Part shown: positions 45,435 through 56,122 of the stretch, in pieces
How positions within the stretch are numbered: position 1 is the first letter of the stretch
How the letters are laid out: every line of letters begins with the position of its first letter
Source: Geopsychrobacteraceae bacterium
GTDB taxonomy: Bacteria > Desulfobacterota > Desulfuromonadia > Desulfuromonadales > Geopsychrobacteraceae
Assembly: GCA_963662315.1 (NCBI GenBank)
Contig: OY759353.1
Span: forward strand, 4,512,001 to 4,576,000
Length of the DNA stretch: 64,000 nucleotides
Direction: 5' to 3'
Program-made: the position numbers and the translations under genes
The notes under the pieces: model-generated
Databases searched by the model: none
Seen by the model: the letters and a program-made list of their open reading frames with translations, nothing else
Told to the model about the DNA's origin: nothing

Positions 45435-46445
45435 ATGAAGGAAGCGTTACTGTACCAAAAACTTGATGATGGCAAGGTTCAATGCCTGCTGTGTGCGCAT
45501 AAATGCATTATTCCTGATGCAAAAAGGGGGGTGTGCCAGGTTCGGGAAAACAGGGCTGGTACGCTGTATTCCCTGGTTTATGGGCGGACGATCAGCCAGA
45601 ATGTTGATCCGATTGAAAAAAAACCGTTTAACCATTTTTTGCCGGGCAGTCAGTCGTTTTCAATTGCTACTCCTGGGTGTAACTTTTCCTGCAGCTGGTG
45701 CCAGAATTGGGAAATCTCACAGATGCCGCGCGACCAGCATTTTGTTAGTGGCCGTAAACTCGGCCCTGAAGAGGTTGTGGCCGCAGCTGTTCGTTCCGGG
45801 TGCCGTTCCATTGCCTATACCTATACTGAGCCGACGGTTTTCTTTGAATATTGTTACGATACGGCAAAGTTGGCGCAACAGGCCGGGCTGGCCAATGTCA
45901 TTGTCAGTAACGGTTATATGTCTGCAGCGATGCTGGATATGTTCTCGCCCTGCCTGAATGCGGCCAATATCGATTTGAAAGCGTTTTCCGATGCGACTTA
46001 TCAACGCTATATCGGAGGAACGCTGCAACCGGTTCTCGATTCTTTGAAAAAATTACGGGATCTGGGGGTATGGGTGGAGGTCACAACCCTGATTATCCCC
46101 GGAATTAATGATAGCACTCAGGAGTTGCAGGATATCGCCGGTTTTATCGCGACTGAGTTGGGGCCTGAGGTGCCCTGGCATGTCAGCCGTTTTTTCCCTC
46201 AGTATAAGCAGAAAAAAACCGAGGCAACCCCTGTAGAAACTATCGCCGGAGCTGTTGCCGTAGGGCATGCTGCCGGGCTGCACTTTGTTTATCCCGGTAA
46301 CGTTTCCGGCATTGTCGAGACCCGTTGCCCTCATTGTCAGACCGCCGTTATCGAGCGAAGTGGTTATCTGGTGACTAATCTGCGCCTTGATGCGCCGGGA
46401 CATTGCTCTGCTTGTGGTGAACGAATCGCCGGGGTGTGGGGATAA
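45435..46445 (+). CDS. amrS: AmmeMemoRadiSam system radical SAM enzyme
   Basis: VQCLLCAHKC, GVCQVR, DPIEKKP..HF.PG, GCNFSCSWCQNWEISQ, AYTYTEP, C-terminal CxxC pairs. Confidence 0.92.
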   Translation: MKEALLYQKLDDGKVQCLLCAHKCIIPDAKRGVCQVRENRAGTLYSLVYGRTISQNVDPIEKKPFNHFLPGSQSFSIATPGCNFSCSWCQNWEISQMPRDQHFVSGRKLGPEEVVAAAVRSGCRSIAYTYTEPTVFFEYCYDTAKLAQQAGLANVIVSNGYMSAAMLDMFSPCLNAANIDLKAFSDATYQRYIGGTLQPVLDSLKKLRDLGVWVEVTTLIIPGINDSTQELQDIAGFIATELGPEVPWHVSRFFPQYKQKKTEATPVETIAGAVAVGHAAGLHFVYPGNVSGIVETRCPHCQTAVIERSGYLVTNLRLDAPGHCSACGERIAGVWG

Positions 46446-46514
46446 ATAGGGTGAGGGGGAAGTGGACAGGCCTTGCCGATAAATAATGGCATCTGCAATG
46501 GCTGTCGATCAAAT

Positions 46515-48857
46515 TTAGCTTTCAGGGCACTGGAGGGCTTTTTTGACCATTTCGGCCAATTTCTGCTGGGTAAAAGGTTTCTGAATAAAATTTATATCTT
46601 CGGGAAGGATGCCCTGTTGAGCAATGATATTCGCAGTATAGCCTGACATGTAAAGTGTTTTCAGGTGGGGGATGATGGCGCGAACGCGTTCGCAGAGCTC
46701 TGGTCCACTGAGATTTTTCAGGATGACATCGCTGAGCAATAGGGTGATTTCAGTGCGATTCTCCTGGGCAATTGCTAATGCTTCGTGGCAATCAGTGGTG
46801 GCCAGTACCTGGTAATTGAGAACTTCAAGCATCTGCTTACAAATGGCCAGAATCGCAGGTTCATCTTCGACGAGAAGAATTGTTTCTTGATTGCCTGCAT
46901 ATGTCCCTGCTTGTGGTATCTCCTTGCTGGACTCTGTTTGGTTGGTGTGCTCCAAAAAATAGAGATTAAATGTTGTTCCCTTGCCGGGCTCGCTGTAGAC
47001 ATTCACAAAGCCGCTGTTTTGTTTTATGATTCCATAGACGGTTGCCAGTCCCAATCCTGTCCCATCTCCAACGGCTTTGGTGGTGAAAAATGGTTCGAAT
47101 ATCTTTTCCCTGACCTGTTTATCCATGCCAATGCCATTGTCACTGATACTTAAGCAGATATAGTGCCCGGCAAGTGCTTCGGTGTGGTTTAGGGTGTAGT
47201 TTTCATCAATCTCCTTTTTACTGGTCTGAATCGTGATCGTACCACCATGTGGTAATGCGTCTCTGGAATTAATGCACAGATTGGCGAGAATCTGGTCAAC
47301 CTGGGTAATATCCATTTTGACGAAACAGGGGTGTTCAGACGGATACCATTTCAGCTCAATATTCTCCCCCAGCAGTCGTTTTAACATCTGCAGCGTTTGG
47401 CGGACATTATTGTTCAGATCAATTATCTGAGGAGAAATTGTTTGTTTTCTGGCAAAGGCTAAAAGTTGCCTGGTAATATCGGCAGAGTGACGGGCTGCAA
47501 CTAAAATTTCGTTGAAGTGGTGAAAGGAGGGATCGCTTTCTGTAATTTTGAGTTGTGCTATTTCTGCGTTCCCAATAATAACTCCAAGCATATTGTTGTA
47601 ATCATGCGCGACCCCTCCCGCCAGACGGCCGACAGATTCCATCTTTTGGGCCTGGATTAATTGATTCTGCAACTCTTTATTGACTCTGTCGCGCTCGATG
47701 CGCTCATTAATATTTTCGACCGACATCATGAATCCTGTCAGCATTCCCAGGCTGTCTTTGATTGGCGCGCAGAGTACCGAGCCATGGAAAAACGACTCGT
47801 CTTTGCGGTAAAATGTTAGTTCCTGAGCTCTCTGGGGAAGCCCCTTGCTGCATCCGTCATAGATTGAGTCAAGGCTAGATTCGTTGTTTTGCTGACAAAT
47901 GGGGAGTGGTTGACCGGTAATCTCCTCATTTAAATAGCCAAACATTTTTTCTGCAGAGGTTGTCCAGATGGCAATTTTGTACTGAAGGTCAACACTGAAC
48001 AGGGCCACGGGAGAACAGGCAATCAAGGCCCTGACCTCTTCGTTTTTTTCCTCAATTTTTAATATGTTGGTACGGATAGAATCCCGCATATGAACCAGAC
48101 TGGCTGATAATAAAGAAAATTCGTGTGTTGTATAGAGTGGAATAGCTTTTTCGAGGTTGCCTTTGGCAATATTGCTGGTTGCCTCAATATAGCTGAAAAT
48201 TGGTTTTTGAATCAGTCTTCTGAAGACGACCCAGACCAGAACAAATACAAAAAAGAAGAATACCAAACCTATGGTGGCGGTTTTTTTGACTGTTGACGAA
48301 ATTTTTTGCGCGACAATCAGTCTCGGAAAACCGATATCCACGGTTCCAATAATTTGTTCTTGGTAAATTATTGGTATTAAGGTGTGATAGTCGTTTTCAA
48401 TAAGTAGTGTTAACGGTTTCGTGGACGTCAGGGCCTGAAGCAGACGGGGATCTGTCAGTGTTTTTCCGTGTTGTTGCGGATCGCTGTGAGCGGCGATCCG
48501 TCCAGAATTATCAAGCACAGAGATGAAGGAAACATGGAGGCTTTTGTTGGCTTCGTAGAGTTTTTTACAGTGCAGGTAAGCTGTTTCAAGGTTTAGAAAA
48601 ATGTCTTCAGCAGAAAGATATTTTTGCCTTGCCGTGGTATCGACAATGATGCTCTGGGCGAGAGACACAGAGCGCCATTCAACCGCTTGGATGAAGTTAT
48701 TTTTCAGATCCTGGATGGTAAAGAATGAGCTTAAACTGAGTGCAAGAACCAGCAACAGGAAAATAGAGAATAGGACCCGTGTCTGCAGACTATTACTAAA
48801 TATAGTTTTTTCCTGCATATTTTGGCCTGTCTTGTGGGAGGTGGATCCAGATGTCAC
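46515..48857 (-). CDS. Hybrid sensor histidine kinase (periplasmic domain-HAMP-PAS-HisKA-HATPase-REC)
   Basis: Two TM helices, [50 protein letters not shown]. Confidence 0.92.
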   Translation of the reverse strand: MTSGSTSHKTGQNMQEKTIFSNSLQTRVLFSIFLLLVLALSLSSFFTIQDLKNNFIQAVEWRSVSLAQSIIVDTTARQKYLSAEDIFLNLETAYLHCKKLYEANKSLHVSFISVLDNSGRIAAHSDPQQHGKTLTDPRLLQALTSTKPLTLLIENDYHTLIPIIYQEQIIGTVDIGFPRLIVAQKISSTVKKTATIGLVFFFFVFVLVWVVFRRLIQKPIFSYIEATSNIAKGNLEKAIPLYTTHEFSLLSASLVHMRDSIRTNILKIEEKNEEVRALIACSPVALFSVDLQYKIAIWTTSAEKMFGYLNEEITGQPLPICQQNNESSLDSIYDGCSKGLPQRAQELTFYRKDESFFHGSVLCAPIKDSLGMLTGFMMSVENINERIERDRVNKELQNQLIQAQKMESVGRLAGGVAHDYNNMLGVIIGNAEIAQLKITESDPSFHHFNEILVAARHSADITRQLLAFARKQTISPQIIDLNNNVRQTLQMLKRLLGENIELKWYPSEHPCFVKMDITQVDQILANLCINSRDALPHGGTITIQTSKKEIDENYTLNHTEALAGHYICLSISDNGIGMDKQVREKIFEPFFTTKAVGDGTGLGLATVYGIIKQNSGFVNVYSEPGKGTTFNLYFLEHTNQTESSKEIPQAGTYAGNQETILLVEDEPAILAICKQMLEVLNYQVLATTDCHEALAIAQENRTEITLLLSDVILKNLSGPELCERVRAIIPHLKTLYMSGYTANIIAQQGILPEDINFIQKPFTQQKLAEMVKKALQCPES

Positions 48858-48895
48858 ATGATATACGTTCTGATTTTTTGGGTCATTGATAGGTT

Positions 48896-49936
48896 TTATT
48901 CTTGAAAACCGAGTTCTTTTTCCGCTTCTTCTGTTGCTTCAAGAACTTCTTTGACCCAGTGGCTGCCTATATTCTCATTTAACCAAGATGTTGCTGATTG
49001 CCGCGTCTGCTGACGAAATTGCATGTATTCCTGTGTTGTTGGTTTGTAAATATCAATACCCTGGCTGCGCAGATACTCAAAAGCATTATATTCCGACACC
49101 ACTGATAGACCTCGATTCGCAGCAGAAACAATGGGCCTTGTTTGTCTTAGAATAAGTTGCAGATCAGGGGGGAGCGACTGATACCACTGCTCATTGATCA
49201 AAAAAGTGTAGGTCGCATAGATGTGTCCATCCAGGACGATATATTTTTGTATCTTTTCAAGGTGAGGAATCATAAATGTGCCCAGTGAATTTTCCTGGCC
49301 GTCAACAATACCTTCGGCTATGGCATCATAGACATGTGACCACCCAATTGGAATGCCTTGAGCTCCAAGGTTTTTTACAATTTGGAGGTGTAGGGGGCTT
49401 TCCATGGTTCGAAATCTGAGCCCTTTCATGTCCTCGGGACTGTGGACGGCACGTTTGTTGTTCGAAAAATGTCTGAAACCCCCATTTTCTAGCCAGAAAA
49501 GGGGACGCAAGCCGGTTTTTTTTGCCATATCGGCAATGAGCTTGTCACCAAAGGGTCCATCGAGGACTTTCCAGGCAATTTCTCGTTCAGCAAATAAATA
49601 TGGGATTGACAACACTTGAATTGGGGGATAGATGGTTGCAAAATGGCCGTCAGCGAAATCTCTGCCTTGAACGATGTTGTTACGGATCATGTCGATCATT
49701 TCCAGAGAAGAATTGCCAAACTTTTCAGCAAAAAGATCAACTTGAATTCTTCCTTTAGACCGATTTTCAACCTCGTGCTTAAATATGACAAAGGGAGTCC
49801 AACCGAAATGCCATTGGGCTTCGGGGTTGCCAACGGTCACCTTCATCACATATTCAGGGGGTGCTTGTCCATTTGCAGTTGTGCTCGTTACAAAAAAGAG
49901 TAACAGGAGAAGTGCAAATAGATAAGTGCTGCGCAT
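48896..49936 (-). CDS. dctP: TRAP transporter solute-binding protein (DctP family), orphan
   Basis: Signal peptide; VENRSKGRI, IPYLF, ENGGFRHF, DMKGLRFRTMES, GIVDGQEN. Confidence 0.9.
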   Translation of the reverse strand: MRSTYLFALLLLLFFVTSTTANGQAPPEYVMKVTVGNPEAQWHFGWTPFVIFKHEVENRSKGRIQVDLFAEKFGNSSLEMIDMIRNNIVQGRDFADGHFATIYPPIQVLSIPYLFAEREIAWKVLDGPFGDKLIADMAKKTGLRPLFWLENGGFRHFSNNKRAVHSPEDMKGLRFRTMESPLHLQIVKNLGAQGIPIGWSHVYDAIAEGIVDGQENSLGTFMIPHLEKIQKYIVLDGHIYATYTFLINEQWYQSLPPDLQLILRQTRPIVSAANRGLSVVSEYNAFEYLRSQGIDIYKPTTQEYMQFRQQTRQSATSWLNENIGSHWVKEVLEATEEAEKELGFQE

Positions 49937-50123
49937 ATACTATCCTCTTCTACGATAAGCGTTGGCGGCCTAAGTATAAAAGATATCATATCAGTAAGGG
50001 TTGCGCAGCTTTATCTGGCAAGAGTTATTTTTGCAGCGCTTGTCGCGCGCCGAGTTATACGGACATAATTGAGAAATTTCCTGCGGAAAACTTTTGTCTA
50101 ATGTTTAGCTAGGAGCTGCGGAA

Positions 50124-50417
50124 TTAACTTTTTTTCAACTCAGTAAGATATTCATCCCATTCAATCGGGAGCAAGCTCTGTTTTTTGCTGTTACATTCTT
50201 TACAGGCTGGAACACAGTTGCCTTTAGTACTGCGGCCACCTCGGACTAGAGGCACAATGTGATCCAGAGTCAATTCTTTTGGCGGTATTTGCTGGCCGCA
50301 ATAATGACAGATGCCTTTGGCAATTTTATTTTTCCACCACCCCTGCTTGCGAATTTCACGGGCCTTGGCCCGTTCGCGGCTGATATGGCTTTCGTCAATG
50401 TCGTTGAACCAATCCAT
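50124..50417 (-). CDS. Small HNH endonuclease-domain protein
   Basis: CHYC...LTLDHIVPLVRGG....NCVPACKECN..K; AGGAG RBS. Confidence 0.88.
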   Translation of the reverse strand: MDWFNDIDESHISRERAKAREIRKQGWWKNKIAKGICHYCGQQIPPKELTLDHIVPLVRGGRSTKGNCVPACKECNSKKQSLLPIEWDEYLTELKKS

Positions 50418-50534
50418 GTCCTGCTCCTGGCGTATATATTATGAGGTCGGCGAATTATTGCACAAATCATGAAATTATGCGATCTTACCAAATTGTGCGT
50501 GCGAGGGGGATCCCGGAAAAAGGTGAGATAACTT

Positions 50535-51887
50535 ATGAAAATCCTTATAGTTGGCTCCGGTCAGGTCGGTTATTTTTTATGTGATCGGCTCTCCCGTGAA
50601 GGGCATGAGGTCACTCTGGTAGACCAGGGCGAAGACGTTGTCCAACGTGCTCAAGATCGCTTGAACGTCATGGGTGTGGTGGGCAATGGGGCCAGTGCTG
50701 AAATCCTTGAAACGGCCGGCATTAAATCGGCCGATATTTTTATTGCCGTTACCAATACTGACGAAGTCAATATCCTGGCCTGTCTGCTGGCGCGGGAATA
50801 TCATGTCGGGATATTGATTGCCCGCACTAAAAACATTGAATATACCAGTAGCAAAGCGGTCCTTTCTAAAGAAAAATTAGGGATTGATCTGTTGATCAAC
50901 CCGGAAGATGCCGTTGCCGATGAATTGACAAAAATCGCCTGCAGTACCCACGCCTTTGATGTCGCTGAGTTTGCTGATGGGCAGATCCTGTTCCAGGGTT
51001 ACCGTATTGATGCTGATAGCCCATTGTGTAATCTGTCGCTGGCTGAACTTGGCGAGTTACGGGGGATGTACCGCTTTGTGGTGGTTGCCATCAGCCGCGG
51101 TGATACCACCATCATTCCGCGTGGAGACGATACGATCCAGGCTGGTGACCGGATCTATATTTTTGCACCGCAACAGGAATTGCCCGCTATCAACTATCTG
51201 CTGCAATCGGAAGGGCTTAAAAAGCGCACGACCCGTAAAGCCTTTGTGCTGGGCGGTAGCCGTATCGGTTTACAAGTTGCCCAGAACCTTGAAAAGCTCA
51301 ACATTCAGACCAAGCTGATCGAAAAAGACGAAGATCATTGCTACAAACTGGCCGAGCAGCTCAATAAAACTCTGGTTATCAATGCTGAAGGGCTTGATGT
51401 CGAGACATTGCTGGAAGAAGGGCTGGCCGAATCGGGTGTGTTTATCGCTGTAACGGAAAATGACCAGACCAATATTCTGACCTGTTTGCTAGCTAAAAGA
51501 CATAAGGTTAGAAAAACCCTGGCATTGGTTAGTCAACCTGAATTAATTGGACTGGCGACAGAACTGGGGATTGACTCCTGTATCTCTCCCCGGCTTGCTG
51601 CTGCTGGCGCTATCCTTAAATTCGTCCGGCAGGGAGAAGTCATTTCACTGACCGCTGTAGAGGGGAGCAACTCCGAGGTACTGGAACTTGAGATCAAAGA
51701 GGGGAGTGCGGTCAATGGCCGGAGCCTGCAGGACCTCAATTTTCCCCGTGGTGCCTTGATCGGAGCGATTGTGCGCAACGGTTCTTATGAAATTCCGACT
51801 GGAGGCAGTGTTCTAAAAACAGGAGACCATGTGGTTATCTTTACCTTGCCCGAAGCGCTGCAGAAGGTTGAAAGGTTTTTTGCCTGA
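50535..51887 (+). CDS. trkA: Trk potassium uptake NAD-binding subunit
   Basis: MKILIVGSGQVG, two RCK-N/RCK-C pairs, IAVT..DE.N, LGGSRIG. Confidence 0.95.
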   Translation: MKILIVGSGQVGYFLCDRLSREGHEVTLVDQGEDVVQRAQDRLNVMGVVGNGASAEILETAGIKSADIFIAVTNTDEVNILACLLAREYHVGILIARTKNIEYTSSKAVLSKEKLGIDLLINPEDAVADELTKIACSTHAFDVAEFADGQILFQGYRIDADSPLCNLSLAELGELRGMYRFVVVAISRGDTTIIPRGDDTIQAGDRIYIFAPQQELPAINYLLQSEGLKKRTTRKAFVLGGSRIGLQVAQNLEKLNIQTKLIEKDEDHCYKLAEQLNKTLVINAEGLDVETLLEEGLAESGVFIAVTENDQTNILTCLLAKRHKVRKTLALVSQPELIGLATELGIDSCISPRLAAAGAILKFVRQGEVISLTAVEGSNSEVLELEIKEGSAVNGRSLQDLNFPRGALIGAIVRNGSYEIPTGGSVLKTGDHVVIFTLPEALQKVERFFA

Positions 51888-53333
51888 ATGAATTTATTGC
51901 TGACCTTAAGAATTCTTGGCTCCCTGCTGTTGTGCCTAGGAGGGACCCTTATTGTACCGATCCCTATTTCTCTTTACTACAATGACGGTGTCTGGTCGGC
52001 ATTTTTTATGTCGGTACTGATCTGCTGCTTGGTCGGTGGTATCATTATGGCGGCTTGTCGCAGTAAAAAAGAGCTTTCAGTACGAGAAGGTTTTGCCGTC
52101 GTGACCTTCGGTTGGGTCGTTTTTGCGGTTTTCGGAGCCTTGCCGTTTCTTTTATCCGGAGCGATTGTTTCCCCAATCGATGCCGTATTTGAGACCATGA
52201 GTGGCTTTACGACAACCGGTTCGACGATTTTGACTGAAATAGAGTCTTTACCTCAGAGCCTGTTGTTCTGGCGTGCTTTAACCCACTGGTTGGGCGGCAT
52301 GGGGATCATCGTGCTGTCCCTGGCCATCTTGCCGATGCTGGGGGTCGGTGGCATGCAGTTGTTTAAAGCTGAAGTGCCGGGGCCGACTGCCGATCGTCTG
52401 AAACCCCGGATTCAGGATACGGCAAAAATGTTGTGGGGAGTATATTTCCTGCTGACCTGTGTCGAAACCGTACTGTTGATGTTTGGCGGAATGTCTTTTT
52501 TTGATGCGATCTGTCATGCTTTTGCGACTCTGGCGACTGGGGGGTTCTCAACCAGAAATGCATCGGTTGGGGCTTATGACAGCAGTTATATTGACGGGGT
52601 TATCACCCTGTTTATGATCCTGGCCGGGGTTAACTTTACGCTGCACTTTCACGCGCTACGCGGGCGCGCACGCGACTTTTTCAGCAGTGAAGAACTCCGG
52701 GTTTACCTTGGTATTATTGTTGTGACTACGGCGATTATCATGGGCTTTAACTGGTGGGATAATATCTATGCCGGGGTGGCTGAAAATCTGCGCTTTACTC
52801 TGTTTCAGGTCGCGTCCATTATAACGACCACTGGCTTTGGAACTGCCGATTTCGAATTATGGCCGGTTGTCACCCAATATCTGCTGGTGTTGCTGATGTT
52901 TATCGGCGGTTGCGCAGGATCGACCGGCGGAGGTATTAAGGTTGCCAGGATTCTGCTGTTGTTTAAACATGCCCAGGTGCAGTTGTTTCGTCTGATTCAT
53001 CCGCGCGCTATCCGCCTGGTCAAACTTGGCAACCTTCCGGTGGATAAAGAAGTCATGCAGTCAATTCTGGGTTTCTTCGCTCTGTTTATCGCGGTGTTTG
53101 TGGTTGGTTCGCTGTTGGTTGCCGCAACCGGCATGGATGTCGTCTCGTCTGCCGCAGCAGTTATTGCCTGCCTGGCCAATATAGGTCCCGGGCTTGGCAG
53201 TGTCGGCCCTGTTGACAATTTTGCCCATGTCCCTGATTTTGGCAAAGGAGTTCTGATCGTCTGTATGCTGATGGGGCGGCTTGAGCTGTTTACGGTTCTG
53301 GTTTTATTTTTCCCATCGTTCTGGCGCAAATGA
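51888..53333 (+). CDS. trkH: Trk potassium uptake membrane subunit
   Basis: FETMSGFTTTG, WLGGMGII, ATGGFS, TTTGF, GSTGGGIK, NIGPG, GRLE. Confidence 0.95.
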   Translation: MNLLLTLRILGSLLLCLGGTLIVPIPISLYYNDGVWSAFFMSVLICCLVGGIIMAACRSKKELSVREGFAVVTFGWVVFAVFGALPFLLSGAIVSPIDAVFETMSGFTTTGSTILTEIESLPQSLLFWRALTHWLGGMGIIVLSLAILPMLGVGGMQLFKAEVPGPTADRLKPRIQDTAKMLWGVYFLLTCVETVLLMFGGMSFFDAICHAFATLATGGFSTRNASVGAYDSSYIDGVITLFMILAGVNFTLHFHALRGRARDFFSSEELRVYLGIIVVTTAIIMGFNWWDNIYAGVAENLRFTLFQVASIITTTGFGTADFELWPVVTQYLLVLLMFIGGCAGSTGGGIKVARILLLFKHAQVQLFRLIHPRAIRLVKLGNLPVDKEVMQSILGFFALFIAVFVVGSLLVAATGMDVVSSAAAVIACLANIGPGLGSVGPVDNFAHVPDFGKGVLIVCMLMGRLELFTVLVLFFPSFWRK

Positions 53334-53547
53334 AGTATGCTACCGAAAACGATCTTTTGGGGTGGCGCAGCCCGTTCCGCTCAACAATAATCTAGACAAC
53401 CCGCGTTTTTCAGTGCCGTTTCAGGAAGGGCTTTTGCGCCTCTGAAGACTGGAAATTTTAAGCGAGGACTTTCCTGCCGGACCGAATAGAAAACCATAAG
53501 AATGAGAGTAAAAAGAGCTTTTGCTGATGCTGGGGTTAAACGGACGA

Positions 53548-53578
53548 AAGCCCCCATCGTTTAAAACGATGGGGGCTT
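53548..53578. terminator. Strong hairpin between convergent trkH and pgeF
   Basis: AAGCCCCCATCGTTT-A-AAACGATGGGGGCTT. Confidence 0.75.
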
Positions 53579-53690
53579 CCCCCCTCCGGTACTTACTTTT
53601 GAACTGTTGTGTTGTTCAATATGGAGGTGATTATAATCATAGGATCTGACAAAAATCTGAATGGATAAGATTTTTTGGAAAATAATCAAA

Positions 53691-54482
53691 TTAGGGTAAC
53701 ATTATAAATCCCAGTTGACGACCTGTCGTGCCCTTGTCGCGACGATGGGAGAACAAAATCTCCGGATGACAGCAGGTACATTCTGTTGCTACATCAATGT
53801 TTTGGGGAGATAATCCCAGTTGTTCGAGTTGCAGACGGCTGCTGAGCGACAGATCAATCTGCCAGTGTCCAAGACTGGTTTCCTTGGCAATTTCATTCCA
53901 GAACCCTGTTCCTTTACGGAAGCTGTCTCGTATCGGTCGATCCACTTCATAACTATGGGCACCGATTCCGGGACCTATTGCTGCTTTGAGCTCTGAAGTG
54001 GAACAGTTAAATTGTTTGATAATGGTTTCAACTGTTTTGCCGATAATGCCGTTTGCGGCACCGCGCCAGCCAACGTGAACCGCGGCAATAACTTTTTGTT
54101 GTTCACTCCAGATCAGGATTGGCAGGCAGTCTGCGGTGAGGACACCAATCATGATTCCTGGCTGGTTGGTCACAATGGCATCGACTTCAATATTCAGGAA
54201 ATGTGACAAATCCAGGTTTGGTTCGTCAATCAGCAACAGGTCTTTCCCGTGAACCTGCCTAACGGTGAGAAGCTGATGCGGGTCAAGGTCAAAGCTGCGG
54301 GCGAATGTTGAGCGGTTACCTTCAACGTGTTGCAGCATGTCATCGGTACCGAAACTTAAATTCAGTGAATTGTATGGGGCGCGGCTGACACCGCCATTGC
54401 GGGTACTGAAGCCGGCGATAATCGTATCGCTAGCAAGCTGAGGCTGCAGGAAAGATATCTTTCCCTTGCGGACAAGTTTCAT
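53691..54482 (-). CDS. pgeF: Peptidoglycan editing factor PgeF (YfiH family)
   Basis: FSTRNGGVS..YNSLN, QVHG, TADCLPI, HVGWRG, IGPGI, CTCC..FSHRR..TGRQ. Confidence 0.93.
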   Translation of the reverse strand: MKLVRKGKISFLQPQLASDTIIAGFSTRNGGVSRAPYNSLNLSFGTDDMLQHVEGNRSTFARSFDLDPHQLLTVRQVHGKDLLLIDEPNLDLSHFLNIEVDAIVTNQPGIMIGVLTADCLPILIWSEQQKVIAAVHVGWRGAANGIIGKTVETIIKQFNCSTSELKAAIGPGIGAHSYEVDRPIRDSFRKGTGFWNEIAKETSLGHWQIDLSLSSRLQLEQLGLSPQNIDVATECTCCHPEILFSHRRDKGTTGRQLGFIMLP

Positions 54483-54595
54483 AATGTCTCCATTTGATGC
54501 AAAAGATATAAGCAGACAAGTCTATGCTGCTGGGTGTTTGGGGTCAACTTCAATCAGCGGTCTGCAACATGTCTGCTCTATTATCAGTCAGATTT

Positions 54596-55555
54596 TTACT
54601 GTTTCAGGGTTAAATAGTCTATGATTTTATTCAGAGTTTCAGGAATTTCGCTAGAAAATTCGAGGTATCTCCCGTTTTTAGGATGAATAAATCCCAGGGT
54701 CCGGGCATGGAGTGCTTGACCTGGCAGGGCTTTGATCAGTTTATTCAGCTGCAGATCCTGAGTTGTTTTACCCAGTGAACGGCCGTACAGGGGATCGCCT
54801 ATCAGTGGGTAGCCCATCTCTGAAAAGTGGACCCGAATCTGATGGGTTCTTCCGGTTTCAAGCTTGAATTCAATAAGGGTCATTTGGGCGGCTGGAAACT
54901 GTTGTAATACCTTCCAATGGGTGACGGCGTGCTTTCCCTGCCGGGCTATACTACTCATTTTCTTACGCTGTACGGGGTGACGACCGATCGGCAGGTTGAT
55001 AGTTCCTTTGGTCTCTTTGGGACAGCCCTGAACAAGGGCAATATAGACCCGGTTAATGGTATGCTCTTTAAACTGCTCAGCCAGGTGAATATGACTTTGA
55101 TCATTCTTGGTTGCTACCATGACTCCCGATGTGTCTTTGTCAATTCGATGCACAATTCCGGGGCGCAAGGTTCCACCAATTCCGGCCAGGTCCTGGCAAT
55201 GGTGCAACAGGGCGTTGACCAGGGTTCCACGGGTATGACCCGCTGCCGGGTGTACGACCATTCCTGCCGGCTTATCAATAACTATCAGGTCACTGTCTTC
55301 GTAAAGGACCTGTAACGGTATTTTTTCAGGGGTCGCTTCGATTGGCTCGGGGGCAGGAAGATCGACACAGATTGTTTCTCCCCCCTTGAGTTTATGGCTG
55401 GCTTTTACGGCAGCACCATTGATCGTTATCGCTTGGCTGTCGATCAATTTTTTAATCTGCGAACGACTGATATCGGGCAGGCTGTCAGCAATAAAGCTAT
55501 CGAGTCTGCATACCGGATTGTCCTCGGCAAAAAACAGCTGCCTGCTTGAATTCAT
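54596..55555 (-). CDS. rluD: 23S rRNA pseudouridine synthase (RluA family with S4 domain)
   Basis: RLD..SRSQ S4 domain, KPAGMVVHP, GIVHRIDKDTSG, LETGRTHQIRVH, QALHA. Confidence 0.93.
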   Translation of the reverse strand: MNSSRQLFFAEDNPVCRLDSFIADSLPDISRSQIKKLIDSQAITINGAAVKASHKLKGGETICVDLPAPEPIEATPEKIPLQVLYEDSDLIVIDKPAGMVVHPAAGHTRGTLVNALLHHCQDLAGIGGTLRPGIVHRIDKDTSGVMVATKNDQSHIHLAEQFKEHTINRVYIALVQGCPKETKGTINLPIGRHPVQRKKMSSIARQGKHAVTHWKVLQQFPAAQMTLIEFKLETGRTHQIRVHFSEMGYPLIGDPLYGRSLGKTTQDLQLNKLIKALPGQALHARTLGFIHPKNGRYLEFSSEIPETLNKIIDYLTLKQ

Positions 55556-55825
55556 CTACCAGATCTGACTTTCAATTTTTCCCGCTTGTTTGATCATGAC
55601 ATCAACAATAGCGCGTTCATAAAGGTGATCACGATTTTCCATTTCAGGTGAAACTCTTGAGAAAAAATGTTCGCGTCCTTCTGCAAGTTCTTCGTTCATG
55701 AGTTCGAAGATATTATCACTTTTAATCCCTTGTGTCACCTTGTCACGGTTGTAAAGGGCGATATCAGAGACAATAGCGCGCGCCAGGCGAAACGCGAGAT
55801 CAGGGTTTTCCACCAGCCTTGCCAT
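55556..55825 (-). CDS. Hypothetical protein (89 aa) upstream of rluD
   Basis: GGAGG RBS, stop abuts the rluD start; RLARAIVSDIALYN helical motif. Confidence 0.8.
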   Translation of the reverse strand: MARLVENPDLAFRLARAIVSDIALYNRDKVTQGIKSDNIFELMNEELAEGREHFFSRVSPEMENRDHLYERAIVDVMIKQAGKIESQIW

Positions 55826-56122
55826 AATACGTCCTCCCTGCTGTTTGGATTGTTGGTTTTATTTTATTAATTACTTTTCAATATATCAAGTTAAATCCTT
55901 GGCACGCCATCGACTTTATCAAGAAAGCCTTGCTGATTAGCGAATGATTATGATAAAACTCTCATTGCTCCTGAGGTACAACTTCTTTCCAGCAGTCCTG
56001 TATTTATGTCAGAATGGATTGCAATGTCGCTATTACAGTGGGTTCAGACACCCTGGTTTTCTTGAAATTGGTGTCTGTATAGTGCTTTTTAACGCTCTTC
56101 TAACACTCTTCACTCGGTTGAT

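Noticed and set aside
50124..50417. HNH gene as an anti-phage or mobile nuclease system
   Set aside because: Small stand-alone gene beside trkA with no methylase, ATPase or mobility genes nearby
53400..53470. GGCGCAAAAGCC on the minus strand resembling part of a c-di-GMP-I riboswitch
   Set aside because: Remaining aptamer elements not found, and it lies between convergent genes rather than in a 5' leader
55899..55915. TTGGCACG resembling a sigma54 -24 element
   Set aside because: No GC at the -12 position (AC instead)
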